From: Octopus sinensis
Taxonomy: Eukaryota
Assembly: GCF_006345805.1 (NCBI RefSeq)
Contig: NC_042999.1
Coordinates: forward strand, 49,662,001 to 49,726,000
Direction of reading: 5' to 3'
Length of the DNA: 64,000 nucleotides
Below are positions 1 through 13,007 of the stretch, one piece after another; within the stretch, counting starts at the first letter, position 1; every line of letters begins with the position of its first letter. The notes under the pieces are model-generated. The model saw only the letters and a program-made list of their open reading frames with translations. It was not told the origin of the DNA and did not search any database. Both the position numbers and the translations under genes were made by a program.

Positions 1-100
1 AAGTGAAAAAGTCTTTAACATTTCGAGCCTACGCTCTTCCGCAGAAAGGAACACGGAAAGAAACAAGGAGAGAAAATAAAGAATGTGTAGTGGCTAGCGA
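1..100 (-). mobile_element. Fragment of short hammerhead-bearing repeat (PLE pLTR-like family H1), cut by window edge
   Basis: Minus strand 48..13 reads CTTT CTGCGGA A GAGC GTAG GCTC GAAAT GTT AAAG; the same repeat occurs at 43070-43240, 49985-50115 and 57170-57470. Confidence 0.6.
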
Positions 101-104
101 CACT

Positions 105-270
105 ATTGGCTTCTTTCAGATTTCTTCTACTAAATCCACTCACAAGGCTTTGGTCGGCCCGAAGCTATAGTAGAAGACACTTTCCCAAGGTGTCACGCAG
201 TGGGACTGAACCCGAAACCATGAGCTTGAAAAAACAGCAAGCTTCTTACCAAATAACCACGCTTGTGCTT
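105..270 (-). mobile_element. tRNA-derived CORE-type SINE (family A, octopus OR-like), head portion
   Basis: Matches the head of the full copy at 27170-27568 (GGTTCAGTCCCACTGCGTG B-box region, CCTTGGGCAAGTG CORE-like motif). Confidence 0.75.
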
Positions 271-1077
271 TAAGTAAAATTTACTTAAATACAAATACAG
301 CTACATGTACATTAGCATAGATGATACAAATTTATTATTAAAAGTGTACTGTGTAAGATATTGTGAAACACAGCCGCCCATTAAACTAGTCTGCCGACTG
401 AGGGACTTTGAAGTTCTTGCTCATAAATTTGTGCGAATTAAAAGAGGTTCTCGACCATCAGTGTTAGGAAACGAATGTAGATTCGTTTGGACGCTGTTAA
501 TAAATTATTTGGGTTAACTTAATGTTTACGTTGAATGTTAGTGTAACAGCAAGTAGTACAACAGAGGTTTTGTTCTTTTTTAGCATTAATCAAAAATATG
601 CGATGTGAGACCATAGCAATATAGGTGTCACTTTAGCGAGCGGGCTACTAGCCCATTCACTCTTTAGCGGGAGGCCTAACCCTAAGCCAACACTATTCCT
701 GACCTGGACCATGTCATTTCACCGCGTGGACTACGGACAGTGCGTTAGAGTGCATGCTGATGTGACACCGTAATATTTATATACGATGTAATCGATAATC
801 GTATGGATTCTTAGCCTGACAATGCCATGTCTTTCAAAAAAAAAAAAAACAATGAAAATGTTTCATCTCACCACTGTTCCGTTTTTATTAATAAAAAAAA
901 TAAAAGAATTATCTGAATCCAAAGTAAAATTTTCTTGTCTTCGCCATAGTGTTTGTTAGAGAAGTTATAAAAGTATTTTATTCTTATTAAACACAATAAA
1001 TTATTTGGTTTATTTTCATATCTCATAGCAACCCACTCTGAGAAACACTGATGTAATACATTTTAAAGTTATAACGA

Positions 1078-1392
1078 TTAACGTCGCCCTTTTCAAGCCT
1101 GGCCAGGCTCATGGGTCCGGTTTCCGGTTTCTGTGTTGTATGTGTGCCCCCCTCCCGGATGGACGGGACGCCAATCCATCGCAGCGTTACTCAAGAAACA
1201 GTAAGAGAGAGTGAGAGAAAGTTGTGGCGAAAGAGTACAACAAGGGTCGCCACCACCCCATGCCGGAGCCTCGTGGAGCTTTTAGGTGTTTTCGCTCAAT
1301 AAACACACACAACGCCCGGTCTGGGAATCGAAACCGCGATCCTTCGATCGCGAGTTCGCTGCCCTAACCACTGGGCCATTGCGCCTTCACTT
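1078..1392 (-). mobile_element. tRNA-derived SINE with V-domain-like body (family C)
   Basis: Minus strand: A box TGGCCCAGTGG, B box GTTTCGATTCC, then CTGCGATGGATTGGCGTCCCGTCCA resembling the V-SINE domain; other copies at 25030-25185, 34555-34855 and 37025-37312. Confidence 0.75.
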
Positions 1393-2719
1393 TTAAATTT
1401 ATAAATCATCGGTAATGTTAGTCGAAGTAATGAACGGGTAAAGGATATGTTGTAGGAAGGAGAATGAAAGTTAAAATATATGAACAATAGTATGAAATTA
1501 ACATCATCCCAGAGGCTGCAGGTTGGCAATGTCATTAAAGCATTGGATTGAATGTACACTGATTTCCAACTCTCTGCACACTGATTTCAAATCCCGGCCA
1601 GAATAATTTTGCTTTCACCCTTTTGGAAGTCAAAATACAAGTACTAATCTAGAGCAATGGATTGACAGAATTGTTCGTAGGGTGTTGGGCCAGATGCCTT
1701 GCGGAAGCTCTTTCGGCTGTTGTGGCAGCAACGCCTGCGAGGAACCTCATGCCAACTGTTTTGGCCCAAGTCTGTGGTTTTTCCGTTGTATATAGCGTGT
1801 AGAGAGGACACTTGCATTCACGGGCAACTGCCAGTCTTCCTCGAAAAATCTTACCTAAGCCTTCTCATGCAGATATATGGCCAGACTTGACACACAGAGG
1901 CCGTCTGAGTATCGTCTCGATCAGTAATAAAGGATATTATTATCATTATTATCAAATGGGAGAGTTCGATAGAGAATGACTAGTAGGCGGAAAATATAAA
2001 AGTATTATTAAAGATATCTGACCTTTTAATTAATTTCAACATTCTTACAACTAATATTTTTACATAATCACAAATACAGCTAATATAACTTGCCTTTAGC
2101 ATATCTATATCAATTCCTCTAATTAACAACCTCCAATTTTAATTCATTTCCTTTTCCAGAAAATTTTAATATCAATATAGGTATAATTAAGCTAACAACT
2201 ATTACCGAAGCCAAATGGTACAATGGAAAAAGAAGCTATGTATGCTTCATTATTAAATGTTTCGCTGTTAGGAATATACGATGTTTCTGCTTAATATCGT
2301 CTGCCCTACAAAACTACCAAAAGTTTAGAGAGACACAGAGGTGATTTTACGGGATCTTCACTTGCTAGAAATAGAAGATCTGTCTCCTTCAAATACTCTA
2401 CAATCTTAGTACTATATACATTAGAAATTCAGCACTATATTCAATTTCATCCTATTCGTATTTTGTAATATAAGTGGAGGTGTAATTTTTTGTACCCCTC
2501 CACCCGTCACTAATTTCATCTTCTTTTCTAATAAATATGTAGATATCTGATCCTTTCGTGGTACATCTTCGACCTAGTCTCTGATTGTCTCTCACTCTAC
2601 TTCAGTAGTACAGTGATTGATATCCTTCTCTTCATCCAATATATTCAACCACCAGAATTGTCCCACTGTTTTTGTACATTTTGTTGTTTTCATTGATTAC
2701 TTGTGGATCATCTCTCTCT

Positions 2720-3325
2720 TTACTCTTTTACTTGTTTCAGTCATTGACTGCGGCCATTGCGGGAGCACCGCTTTAGTTGAGCAAATCGACTCGGGACTTA
2801 TTTGTAAGCCCAGTACTTATTCAATCGGTCTCTTTTGCCGAACCGCTAAGTGACGGGGACATAAAAATACCCGCATCGAGTTGTCAAGCAATGCTAGGGG
2901 GACAAACACAAACGCCCTATATCTATATTATATATAATATATATCTAATATATATATATATAGATATAGATATATATATATATACGACAGGCTTCTTTTA
3001 GTTCCAGTCTACCAAATCCACTCAAAACCGCTAATGTGACGGGGGACATAACACACACGCACACCAGCATCAGTTGTCAAGCACTGCTAGGGGGACAACC
3101 GCAACACCAACCGCACATATATATATATATTATAATTATATATTATATATATATATCGACAGGCTTCTTTTAGTTTCCGTCTACCAAATCCACATCACAA
3201 GGCATTGGTCGGCCGAGGCTATGGCAGAAGACACTTGCCCAAGATGCCACGCAGTGGGACTGAACCCGGAACCATGTGGTTGGTAAGCAAAGCTAATACT
3301 TCCACACAGCCACTCCTGCGCCTAT
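2720..3325 (-). mobile_element. Family A bipartite SINE with internal (TA)n and a partial internal duplication
   Basis: Both halves of the element at 27170-27568 are present in reverse; the block ccgctaa..gacggggacata..gttgtcaagc..acaggcttctttt occurs twice. Confidence 0.8.
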
Positions 3326-3377
3326 GATATCTTTAAAAGTTTTTAAACCACAAAGTTGATTGCTGTTTTATAAATTA

Positions 3378-3765
3378 CTAGCAGTATCGCTCGGCGTTGC
3401 TCGGGTTTGTTTCGACCCTTTAGAATTGGAATTTTTGAAAAGTAAAACTTTTGAATTATGTAGCTTGCTATTCTCTTTAAGTGAACATTTTTCTGGTTGA
3501 AATACACCGAAAAATGGCGACACAGCAGTAAAAAAAATCGTAAAAATAGGGATTTTCATAGAAAAAAAAGCACCTTTTTGATGTAAATAATTTTTGGTGT
3601 TAACATGGTCTATTTGAATTTTATCTTCTACGGAAGGAAGAGCAGCCTTCCTCTATGATACTTTCAATTTTGGTCAACTTGCGCCGCAGGGTCTCGGAGG
3701 AGATAGTATTAGTTAAAGGCTACCAAACCTGCCATACACAGAACAACTTCAGCTTTATATATATA
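3378..3765 (-). mobile_element. Non-autonomous Helitron-like element
   Basis: Minus-strand 3' end CCCGAGCAACGCCGAGCGATACTG-CTAG|T (imperfect GC hairpin then CTRR); 5' end lies in a (TA)n tract. Confidence 0.55.
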
Positions 3766-3767
3766 TA

Positions 3768-3819
<52 letters not shown>

Positions 3820-5059
3820 TTACTAAACAAAATAGCTTATGCTGGTTGTTCAGAGAATGGGTGGCATCTTGAGTGGAAGCATTTGTGTTCCCTCTGGAAC
3901 CAGCCATTTGTAGTTTGTTTCTATCTGGGACCCAGTACTCACCTATACAATCAAGGTGCGGGCTGTAATATGCACAGCGGCACGCCTCCTAAAATTCAGT
4001 TGTCGTTGAATCTTAAACTCTTTATGAATTAGGGCGTGTCTACTCTCGCATGTGAATACTGACTCTGGCAAATTAAGCAAACGAGACCAACAGGGATTTA
4101 AGATGGTGGTATCACAAACTATTGAGACATACCAAGAGGACGACAAGACACTAAAGAATCTTGGTCATCCACAGCTGCCATACCCTTCTTCAACCGTTTT
4201 TATCTCGTTTAATGGCAGGATTAAGACTAGTCTAGACAGATAGGCTAACGTCGAACCCACTCCTTCACTTATACCCAACTCATGTACAAGTTCTGATTTC
4301 ATAAAATGATATATCACGATCAGCATATGGAAGGCCGAAAACAGAAAATGACTAAAATATAAAATAAATTGTATTTTCGATTTCGAAACTTTGGATTTTT
4401 ATTTGGCAAGTTATTTTGCATAATATAGATACGATCCAACATGTCATCTGCAGGAAAATGAGTCGTTAAGCGAAAAATGAAATTATTACACAAAGGCAAA
4501 AAGACAAATAGAATAATACAATAGTTAGAACTGTTAAAACGCAAAATACATTTAAATAATGATTGCTTTTATAATAATCATAATGGTTTCTTTTATAAAA
4601 TACATTTAAATAATGACATCAGTCGAGAAAAATTTCCTTGCATTTACTTTCAATCGCTACACTTATGGTCAATTTTCTGCGATAAATTTTAATCAATTAT
4701 TTAAAAGAATATGAGATTGAGATTCTGTACATCCAATTTTTGTAGGTGAATGAGATGTTCCTAATGATAGTTACTGTGATTTAATCTGACTTTTTAAAAG
4801 TGTTCTTCAATTTTTTTTTTCAAACAGTATCAAAATAATCTTATATTCCCATCTTTCTTTGTTCCAAATTTTCACTCTCTATCGATATATTTGATTATAT
4901 AGCTGCCTTCTGTCGGTTTATTTGATGCTTTATCGAATTATATAGATATCTTTCCCTTATATATTCACAGGCATATATTTGTATGCGTATGTGTTAATAA
5001 ACACAAAATTGTATTTTTACATCTAGATCGTGATATAAACACACACATACTTATATATA

Positions 5060-5090
<31 letters not shown>

Positions 5091-5404
5091 CATAGCTAGA
5101 TTGAGACAGAGACTGATAGATAAATATTTATCTACTGGCTGGCAATAAGCCATCCCTAACAGCGAAGGACATTGATAAGAAAATTATGGCCATCTGTAAT
5201 TGGACATCTTTTCTGAATGTACGGAAATTACAATTCCTCTACACAACGGACATAATATTTGTCTTAGTTTATTTAATTATGTTGCTGTTTTGTGAGAATT
5301 TCTTTTTCGCAACAAGTTCCATGGATAGAAGTAATATAGCTGCTAGATTTCTAATCATGTTTGTTATGGATACCTCAGATCCCGTTCGATGACGTTAATC
5401 CTTA

Positions 5405-5951
5405 TTAGAACTATAACCCGGCGTTGCCGGATCTAGTGCTAGTGCTTGTTAAGCATATTTGGTCTTTGATGAAAATCCCGCTCTCTTGTCATTCTCGTTA
5501 ATTATTCCCTGCATTTCTCAAATCAAAAAAGTGTGCACGTTTGAAAGCCAAACCACATGATAACGCGTCTTCGCAAAACACAAAAATGCGCTGAGTCCTA
5601 CAGAATGTCTGTAAATGCGAACGCGCATTCAACTGTCAAGGGTAAAATTATCTCCGTCCAATCAAAAAACAGCTGGCAGTCTATTGGCGTATCTATCTGT
5701 ACGAACGCACCGCATACACATTTTGTATGATTTTTGAATGGATATGCCCATAACTTATGGGCATAAGGGGTCGGTTTATCGATTTTTTTTTCATGGATTT
5801 CTGGGGTGACTGGGAAAATGAAAAGATCTTCACGACCACCCTCAGACAGTTTTGAAAGCCCATAGAAAATGCGAGCCTTTTACGTGAAAAACTGTGGATT
5901 TGTATAAAAGACACACAGATACACAGACATTTTGCCGTTAATAGTTATAGA
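5405..5951 (-). mobile_element. Non-autonomous Helitron-like element
   Basis: Minus strand starts TCTATAAC and ends with perfect hairpin CCGGC-AAC-GCCGG, then GTTATAGTT-CTAA|T; fits the 5'-TC...hairpin...CTRR-3' rule. Confidence 0.6.
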
Positions 5952-6149
5952 GGTTACTTTGTATTCAGCATATTACGCTATGTCATGCTCGTTTGTTCTT
6001 GAGTAGTAAGTGTTACTTGCTTATTACTTGTGTTAGCCAGGCTTGTGGGCTGGTTAATGATATTTTAAAATTTACCTATCTCTTACAGAATTCGTACATT
6101 TTCATTTACATAAAATCAAAAGAAGCAAAGTATTGACCAAATTTAATAT

Positions 6150-7150
6150 GCATTCATATATATGTTACAGAAAATTGTGTGCACAGTTTTACAGGGAGTT
6201 GATTTCTTACTAGATTTATGATTGTGTTGTAAATCACTTTCACGTATCAGCTCCAAAATACAGTGTCCCAAAACATTTTCGCTATGTGCTCCTTGACAGT
6301 GGCGTTCAAAATACAATATATCCAAAATGGATGCTTATACCTTCTTTTTGTAAGTACGCCTCCGTGGCTTTCTTGAATTTATCCCGAGGAGCGTCTGGAA
6401 TATGGACTTTCAGTGACATCTTGTATCCAATTTACTACAGTTCTTCACCACAGCTTCAACTAGCTTCACCTAGGGAATTCTGAATTACTACAACAAAGAC
6501 AATTAGAGATGCTTTCTCTACTTCGCCCACTCAACAAACTGGTCTTCATTGTTTGACAAAAATCGCCTACTTTTACAAAGAGCCATAGCAAATGGTTTTA
6601 TATGAACCAATTTTATGTGTAGTGACGAGAACAACACTGTCCAGGGGAAAGGAATCAACCAATACTTCACAGATGGTGTTGTTCATCTCTGTTGAAAATT
6701 CGGTTTGTTGCCTCTAGTACCGTCTGCGATAGTGCACGGCGGTATCCCTACTGATCGAAAGGCACTCATGTCAGAACCACTTTAGAGGGCTATCGGAAAT
6801 GCCTCCATTTTCTTCCAATAATCTTCCAGCCTTATGCCATGCATTCTTGCAATGTCTTGTTACCCTTCTAAATGAACCAAGGGAAAAGATAGATACTATT
6901 TTCCCTTAAATGAGTAGCACGATTTGGAAATTTGCGGTGAACTGTCAACAAAGAGACGCAACACGTTTGGATTACAGGCGATTCCAATTGCTTTGAGTAC
7001 GCTGGTCACATTTTGGCAGATGCAGATCCCGTCAAGATGGATGAAGAACTTTGAGCAACTCAAGTGTCGCTTCCTCTGATTTGTGACGAACACGTTTCCA
7101 ACTAACAATTTTTTATGCCAGGTGTTTTGACGCCTAAAGCAAGGAATTGT
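6150..7150 (-). pseudogene. Decayed DDE DNA-transposase relic (Sola-like family)
   Basis: Broken frames give LRLFVDSS, KMSLKVHI and DILYFERHCQG..VLGHCILELIRE in the order of the RLFIDSSK / MSLKxHFL / HQDIxxMERRYQG..DYCW motifs of a widespread invertebrate transposase family; superfamily name from memory. Confidence 0.55.
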
Positions 7151-7775
7151 CTTCTGTGGATTTCAGCTACTTGATCGCTGATCTAGTAGTTGAGATCCTT
7201 TTGTTTGGGCTATTATGGTTTTCACTCTTTAGCTGCGCTTAAGAAATTGCTTGCAATCAAACTACATTTTCCTCTTGTTCTTCGGTTTCTCCGTTTTCTC
7301 CAGCAGGGTAGGTACGGTGAGTTTAGAGCAGTGTGGCACCAGAGTGGTGGATGATGGTAACTCCGGATACATCTTTTAGGGGATAACAAACTTCATGGTT
7401 CTCTTTTCCCCACTCTCTGTACCAAACTACAAAACAACAATTAGTTAAAACAAATTTATTTTATCCATGTTTTATGTGTAAGAGCTTTTCACTACATGTT
7501 TCATATCTAATTCATTTTCCTACAACATAAGAAATTTGAAATTTTTAAACATCTTAAATTCTAAAAAAGAATTAATGAAGAATTCCACTTTTCAAGTAAA
7601 GAATATTATACAGCATACTCCCAGAAATTTATTTTCTCAATGCTTGTAACTGAAGTGAGGCACTCAGTTTGCCGAACCCTTCCAAGTTTATAATTTTTTT
7701 TTTTTTAACTATAAAATTGGATTTAATCCTAAATCTGATTTTTTTCCTGTAAATTTGGATTTATTCCCTATATTT

Positions 7776-7806
<31 letters not shown>

Positions 7807-7908
7807 TCACGTAATGTGTGTGTGTGAGTGTATGTGTGTGGTGTGAGTGTGTGTTATATAGATATATATATATTATATTATTATATATATATATGTGTGG
7901 TCTGGGTC

Positions 7909-7934
<26 letters not shown>

Positions 7935-7941
<7 letters not shown>

Positions 7942-8475
7942 AAATCCGTTCGTCTTCTGTGTGTTTTCTAGGATCTCGGGCATCCTCCATCCGATTGCTC
8001 AAATTTGATATGTAGATACCGACGGTATCAGGGGGCGTGTATAAGTCTTGAAAAAATTACAAAAACGATTCCAGGTGAGAATTCGATCGATAACGCGGTG
8101 GGAAACGTGCATTTGTACGCGCAATTACATCAGCTGTAACGATCGATACTACGCGTACGCGAGAAAAATGTACGTGCGTTTGCGCAAAAAAAAAGCGGCT
8201 GGCTTGAAATAATGCCACCCAAAATGCAGTATAGTTATTAAGAGACCAAAAAGTCAGATGCAAAAGAGATATTTTCTTCAAACTGGCATGAAGGAAGGAA
8301 AGACTATTTGGTTTCTCAAGATATTTTTTGCCTAACTTCGTTTAACAAAACCAAAAATTTTATTGAAATAAAGGCATGCTTAATTATTTTTTAATGAAAA
8401 GAAAACACTGATTGCTTTTTATTCAGCAGATAGGATTCAGCACCGTCCATTGGACGAGGGGGGAGTTTTGCTCAA
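7935..8475 (+). mobile_element. Probable Helitron-like non-autonomous element embedded in (TA)n
   Basis: CpG-rich block starting TATATAAAATCCGTT between TA tracts; 3' end (GTCCATTGGAC hairpin..GTTTTGCTC) only weakly fits. Confidence 0.3.
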
Positions 8476-10473
8476 ATATATATATATATATATATATGCA
8501 TAATGTTGCATTATTGTTTTAAGTATTTCGATTATATCTTTAATGTTGTTCCGTAGTTAAGTTTGCTAAAGCATATCTCTCGAACTTTTGTTGTAAGCAC
8601 CAGAATATCAATGGCAGCCACTACCGCTGTGATTATTGCTATTTCCTTCAAGCCTTCTTTATGCAGTCGACTCTTTACAAATCAACATCCCTCCAGCTAT
8701 GACCATCCTAATTTTTCAGACAGTAAATCTGAGACTATCTTATCCTCTGTATCTTTCTGTTCTTTGTGTGTTTCTTTTAAAATGTCATGATACAATTTGA
8801 GAGAGATTTGGTTGTTATTTCTTGTATGTCGAGTTACCACTTAGAGGCTTCCCCTTTGGGCCTTTGAATGTGATTCGTGAATGTCAACACTGTGTAGTAG
8901 GTCCAAAACTCATTAAGTAAACGAAACAACATAAATGGCGGTGCCCCAGCATGGCCACAGCTTGTGAACTGAAACTAAATAAAATTTAAAAATTAAAAAT
9001 AAACAAAACAGATTCTGTTCTTGCTTAAACCCAATTTACATACATCGCTGTTTTTCTCTTAAAAGCCAGAACATCACACAGTCTCAACGCAGTGTTCCTC
9101 TTTCATAAATCCTTTTGAGTTCATAAAAGCCTTTGAGTTCATAGACGACCTTGTCATAAAATAAATTGATGTCTTACTTTAACCCGTGCTGAAGCAAGAA
9201 ACCAATGAAAACAAGGTTGTTTAGAGTTTCAAGATCGATCGAAGTTATCTAAAAAGAACCCGAGAAATGAAGTTTCTTTTTTCTTGCATTTTTTTTCTTT
9301 TTGTTGTTTTTATTTCATTTTTCAGGCAATTATATATAAAGCTCTAAATAGTTCAAGAACCTAAATAGTCATTTGTTTCATTTTAAAATTTGAACTGGTA
9401 CTTCTTAATAATTCTTAATAATATTATTCTGGACAGAATTTTTTTTTTTTTTTTGCCTAATATTATTGACTGTTCATAAATTTGATAAAGGTCAATTTAC
9501 ATTTTGTAGCATTCCTTGGTCATTTATTTATAAACAAGGCTAGTTATAAATCAAATGTTCTACCAAAATAGAAACAAGAAGCAAGAGCACGAGAGAAATA
9601 TCAAGAATGAAAAAATTACAGAATTAAAGTAAAATGAAAGTAATATTGAACATTAGTATGAAATTAATATGTTGTAATGAGATAAAGTAAGCGTCGGATT
9701 TTGATTCGTTCTTCACTAATTTTACTAGAAACGGATATTGTTTCTAAGATAAGCACAAGTCATGAGATTTGCAGGGATGGATTTAATTGATTAAATCAAC
9801 CACAGCAGATGACTGGTATTTTTTTTATCGATCCCAGAGAGATGTAAGACAGATTGATCTCGGTAGGATTTAAATTCTGAAAGTAAAATGCCAGACGAAA
9901 TATTGTTAAGGCATTTTTCCCCGATTCTCTTACGACTCTGCCTTGAGGAACAACACGTTGGTTTCACCGGTATCCGTCGGCCTACAAAGACCCTGGATAC
10001 GCTCTCCAGTCCAAAGCAATAAAATGATAGGCGTGTGGCTGTTTCTTGTTCTTAAATCAGGGCATACAGTTTAAAAATCTAACTTATGAAGCAGGGTACA
10101 TATAGTATGTTTATGCCCTTTTCATGCATTCTTTCTTTTAAAAATTGAAAGATTTGACTCCTCCCTGGTTGATAAAATTAGATACAAGCTAAGTACGGAA
10201 GTCGATGGTTTCGGCCTAAGTCATTTCCTTGAAATAACTGACCTTGTTCCTGAATGAGAAAATGTGTCACAACGGTCTACCGCGCTCAATTGTCGCGTTT
10301 AATTTTTTACTTTTGTTGATAACGTATTTTATTCCATGACTTTCGGTTCACCATTGCAACATGTTACACTTCTGAACAAATTTTTTGCCCATATATTTCC
10401 CCCTTTTATTCTTCTCTTTGATTTGATGAACAAACGCAGTAGTATCATATATATAGATATATATATATATACT

Positions 10474-10519
<46 letters not shown>

Positions 10520-10532
10520 CAGGTATAGATAG

Positions 10533-11540
10533 CTTTTATCTTTTACTGGTTCCAGCCCGGGCTGAGGTCATGCTGAGGCACCACCAGTAGTTACTCGGTG
10601 TTGTTCCGATAGTGGTTTTGGTGAATGAAGCAGGTGATTGGACGGAGCTGCTTTTCTTGCGTCTCCTGCTGCGATGTGGGTTCAGCTGGTATCTCAAATA
10701 GAGACCTGTCCAGGCGTTTCTTGAAAACTTCCACATCAACAAACCATGTAGATCTCTAAGGTTGTTTGAAAGGATGTTTAACAATTGCGGCCATTGAAAC
10801 CCAAACTATTGCAGTACTGTGTCCATTATTTTAGATGGAGGAAGACGGGATCTTGGGCTGAGGTCATGCTGGTGCACCACCAGTAGTTACTCGGTGTTGT
10901 TTCCGATATTGTTTTTGGTGAAGCAGGGATTTGGACGGAGCTGCTTTTCTTTGCGTCTCCTGCTGCGATGTGGGTTCAGCTGGTATCTCAAATAGAGACC
11001 TGTCCAGGCGTTTCTTGAAAACTTCCACATCAACACCATGTAGATCTCTAAGGTTGTTTGAAAGGATGTTTAACAATTGCGGGCCATTGAAACCCAAACT
11101 ATTGCAGTACTGTGTCCATATTTTAGATGGAGGAAGACGGGATCTTTGGTATGATGCAGTGCCGTCTAGTTCGAGGGTTGGTATAGCTGTCAATTCCAAA
11201 ATTGGGAGCTAAACACTCCAAGATCTTGCAAATGTATATTACTGCATATTTTACTCGTATTCTCTCTAGGGAATAGAGATATGGCTCCTTTAGTCTCTCC
11301 CAGTTGCCCATCTTTTGAATCGAAGCAATCTTCTTTGTGTACTGGCGCTGGATAACTTCGAGTTGCACAGTTCGTTTCACATTCTCTGGGGACCATAGTT
11401 GATCCGACTGTGAACGAAAGTCTTCCATAGGCGGTTAGCTAGGCTTCTCTTTCCCTGGTTCTGAATGTCTTCAGAATCCAGCCAGCCATTCGCCTGCACA
11501 GTGTTACCATCTTCGTAGTATGCACATGGAATGTTGCATC
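10533..11540 (-). mobile_element. 5'-truncated CR1-group LINE (RT C-terminus plus 3' tail) with tandem duplication of its 3' ~300 bp
   Basis: ORF fragments LWSP..QLEVIQRQYTKKI..WERLK..LYSLER and GPQLLNIL..FKKRLD..IPAEP are typical of CR1-group ORF2 C-termini; 10558-10855 repeats 10856-11150. Confidence 0.8.
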
Positions 11541-11551
11541 ATTGCTCAAGT

Positions 11552-11794
11552 ATAGAGATATATAGGTAGATAGATAGATATAGATCTAGATAGATGGATA
11601 GATAGATAGATATAGATCTAGATAGATATAGATAGATAGATATAGATAGATAGATATAGATATATAGGTAGATAGATATAGATCTATATAGATAGATAGA
11701 TATAGATCTATATAGATAGATAGATATAGATATAGATAGATATAGATAGATATAGATAGATATAGATAGATAGATAGATAGATTTAGATATATA
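11552..11794. repeat. (GATA/TAGA)n compound microsatellite
   Basis: Direct reading; explains ORF 11539..11880. Confidence 0.95.
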
Positions 11795-11795
11795 T

Positions 11796-13007
11796 CAGGC
11801 CATCCCATAAGTTCGGTCCGTATTTTGAATAAAGCAAACAAATGATCAAATGTTATATTTAATTGAAATTTAATCATCAATGTACTTTCCTTGATTATCT
11901 ATGTCTTCCTTCCATCTATTTACAAGCATTTTAATCTCATCAATGTAAAACTATTTTGGTTTCAAAGCGAAGAACTCAGAAATGTCAGTTTCGACCTTTT
12001 CCTGCATTGCGAAAGTTGTCCCCCAGATGATTCTGTAAACTACGAAACAAATGGTAGTCTGAAGGAGCAAGGTCGGGAGAATAAGGTGGATGAGGAATTT
12101 TTCCCCAAACAAGCTCTTCGATTTTCTGTAATGTGATCTTTGCTGTGTGGGGTCGCGCATTGTCCTGATGAAACATCACTCCATTTCGATTCACTAAAGC
12201 GAGTCTTTTTTTTCTTCTAAGCTTGGTTCAAATACTCTAATTGCTGACAATAGACTTGAGCATTGATTGTTGCATTAGATGGTAACAATTCAAAGTGAAT
12301 TACCCCTTTGCAATCCCACCAAACCACTGTTTACGACGTTTAACATTTCGATAAAAGATTCATTTTTCGTCACCAGTCACAAGTCTATCCAAAAAGGGTG
12401 AAATGAGTTTGCGAGAATGGAGAGAAGAGCAGATGTCAATTCGGGATTTGCGTTTGCCTTCAGAGAATTCATGAGGCAAACATTTTCCAAGTTTAGGAAA
12501 CTTTCCAAGTTGTTGAAGATGACGATGAGCAGTTATATGGTTTGAACTAAGCTTTATTGCCAGTTCTTCAACTGATAATGCAGGATTTTCTTCAAGTAAT
12601 GCATCAAGGAGCTTATCATCAAACTCAACTGGACGTCCTGTTCGATCTTCATCTTCAAGGCTGAAATCTCCACTTCTGAATTTTGCAAACCATCTTCTGC
12701 AAGTTCTTTCATTCAAGCATTCTTTCCCATAAACTGAGTGCATGTTTCGAGTCCTTTCGGCTGCAGAGTTTCCTTTTTGTACCCATAAAGCATTTAACCT
12801 CAAATGCTCTTTGGATACTTCTATGTTAGAAAGGGTTTTAATCAAAGAAATTTAAATTCTATTTTTCTGTAAAATAATATTTAATTAGTTTAAATGTACA
12901 CAAATGCATAAAAATAATTTTTAATTCCATTAGACACTCTAAAATACTATTAAATTCCATTCAATTTTAAAAAAGGTAAAATCGGAGAGAACTTATGTGA
13001 TGACCTG
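11796..13007 (-). mobile_element. Mariner (Tc1/mariner, D,D34D) transposon, full length, transposase pseudogene
   Basis: Imperfect TIRs CAGGCCATCCCATAAGTTC and (reverse complement) CAGGTCATCACATAAGTTC; motifs RRWFAKFRSGDFSLED..GRP, LVTGDEK, FHQDNARPH, PYSPDLAPSDYHLF spread over shifted frames. Confidence 0.92.

Noticed and set aside
620-770. GGTGTCAC..GTGACACC inverted ends with internal CCTAACCCTAA
   Set aside because: Only 8-bp arms and a single copy here; cannot be called a MITE or telomeric repeat.
1310-1392. tRNA-like A/B boxes here and at 22400-22478 and 37030-37100
   Set aside because: These are SINE heads continuing into SINE bodies, not tRNA genes.
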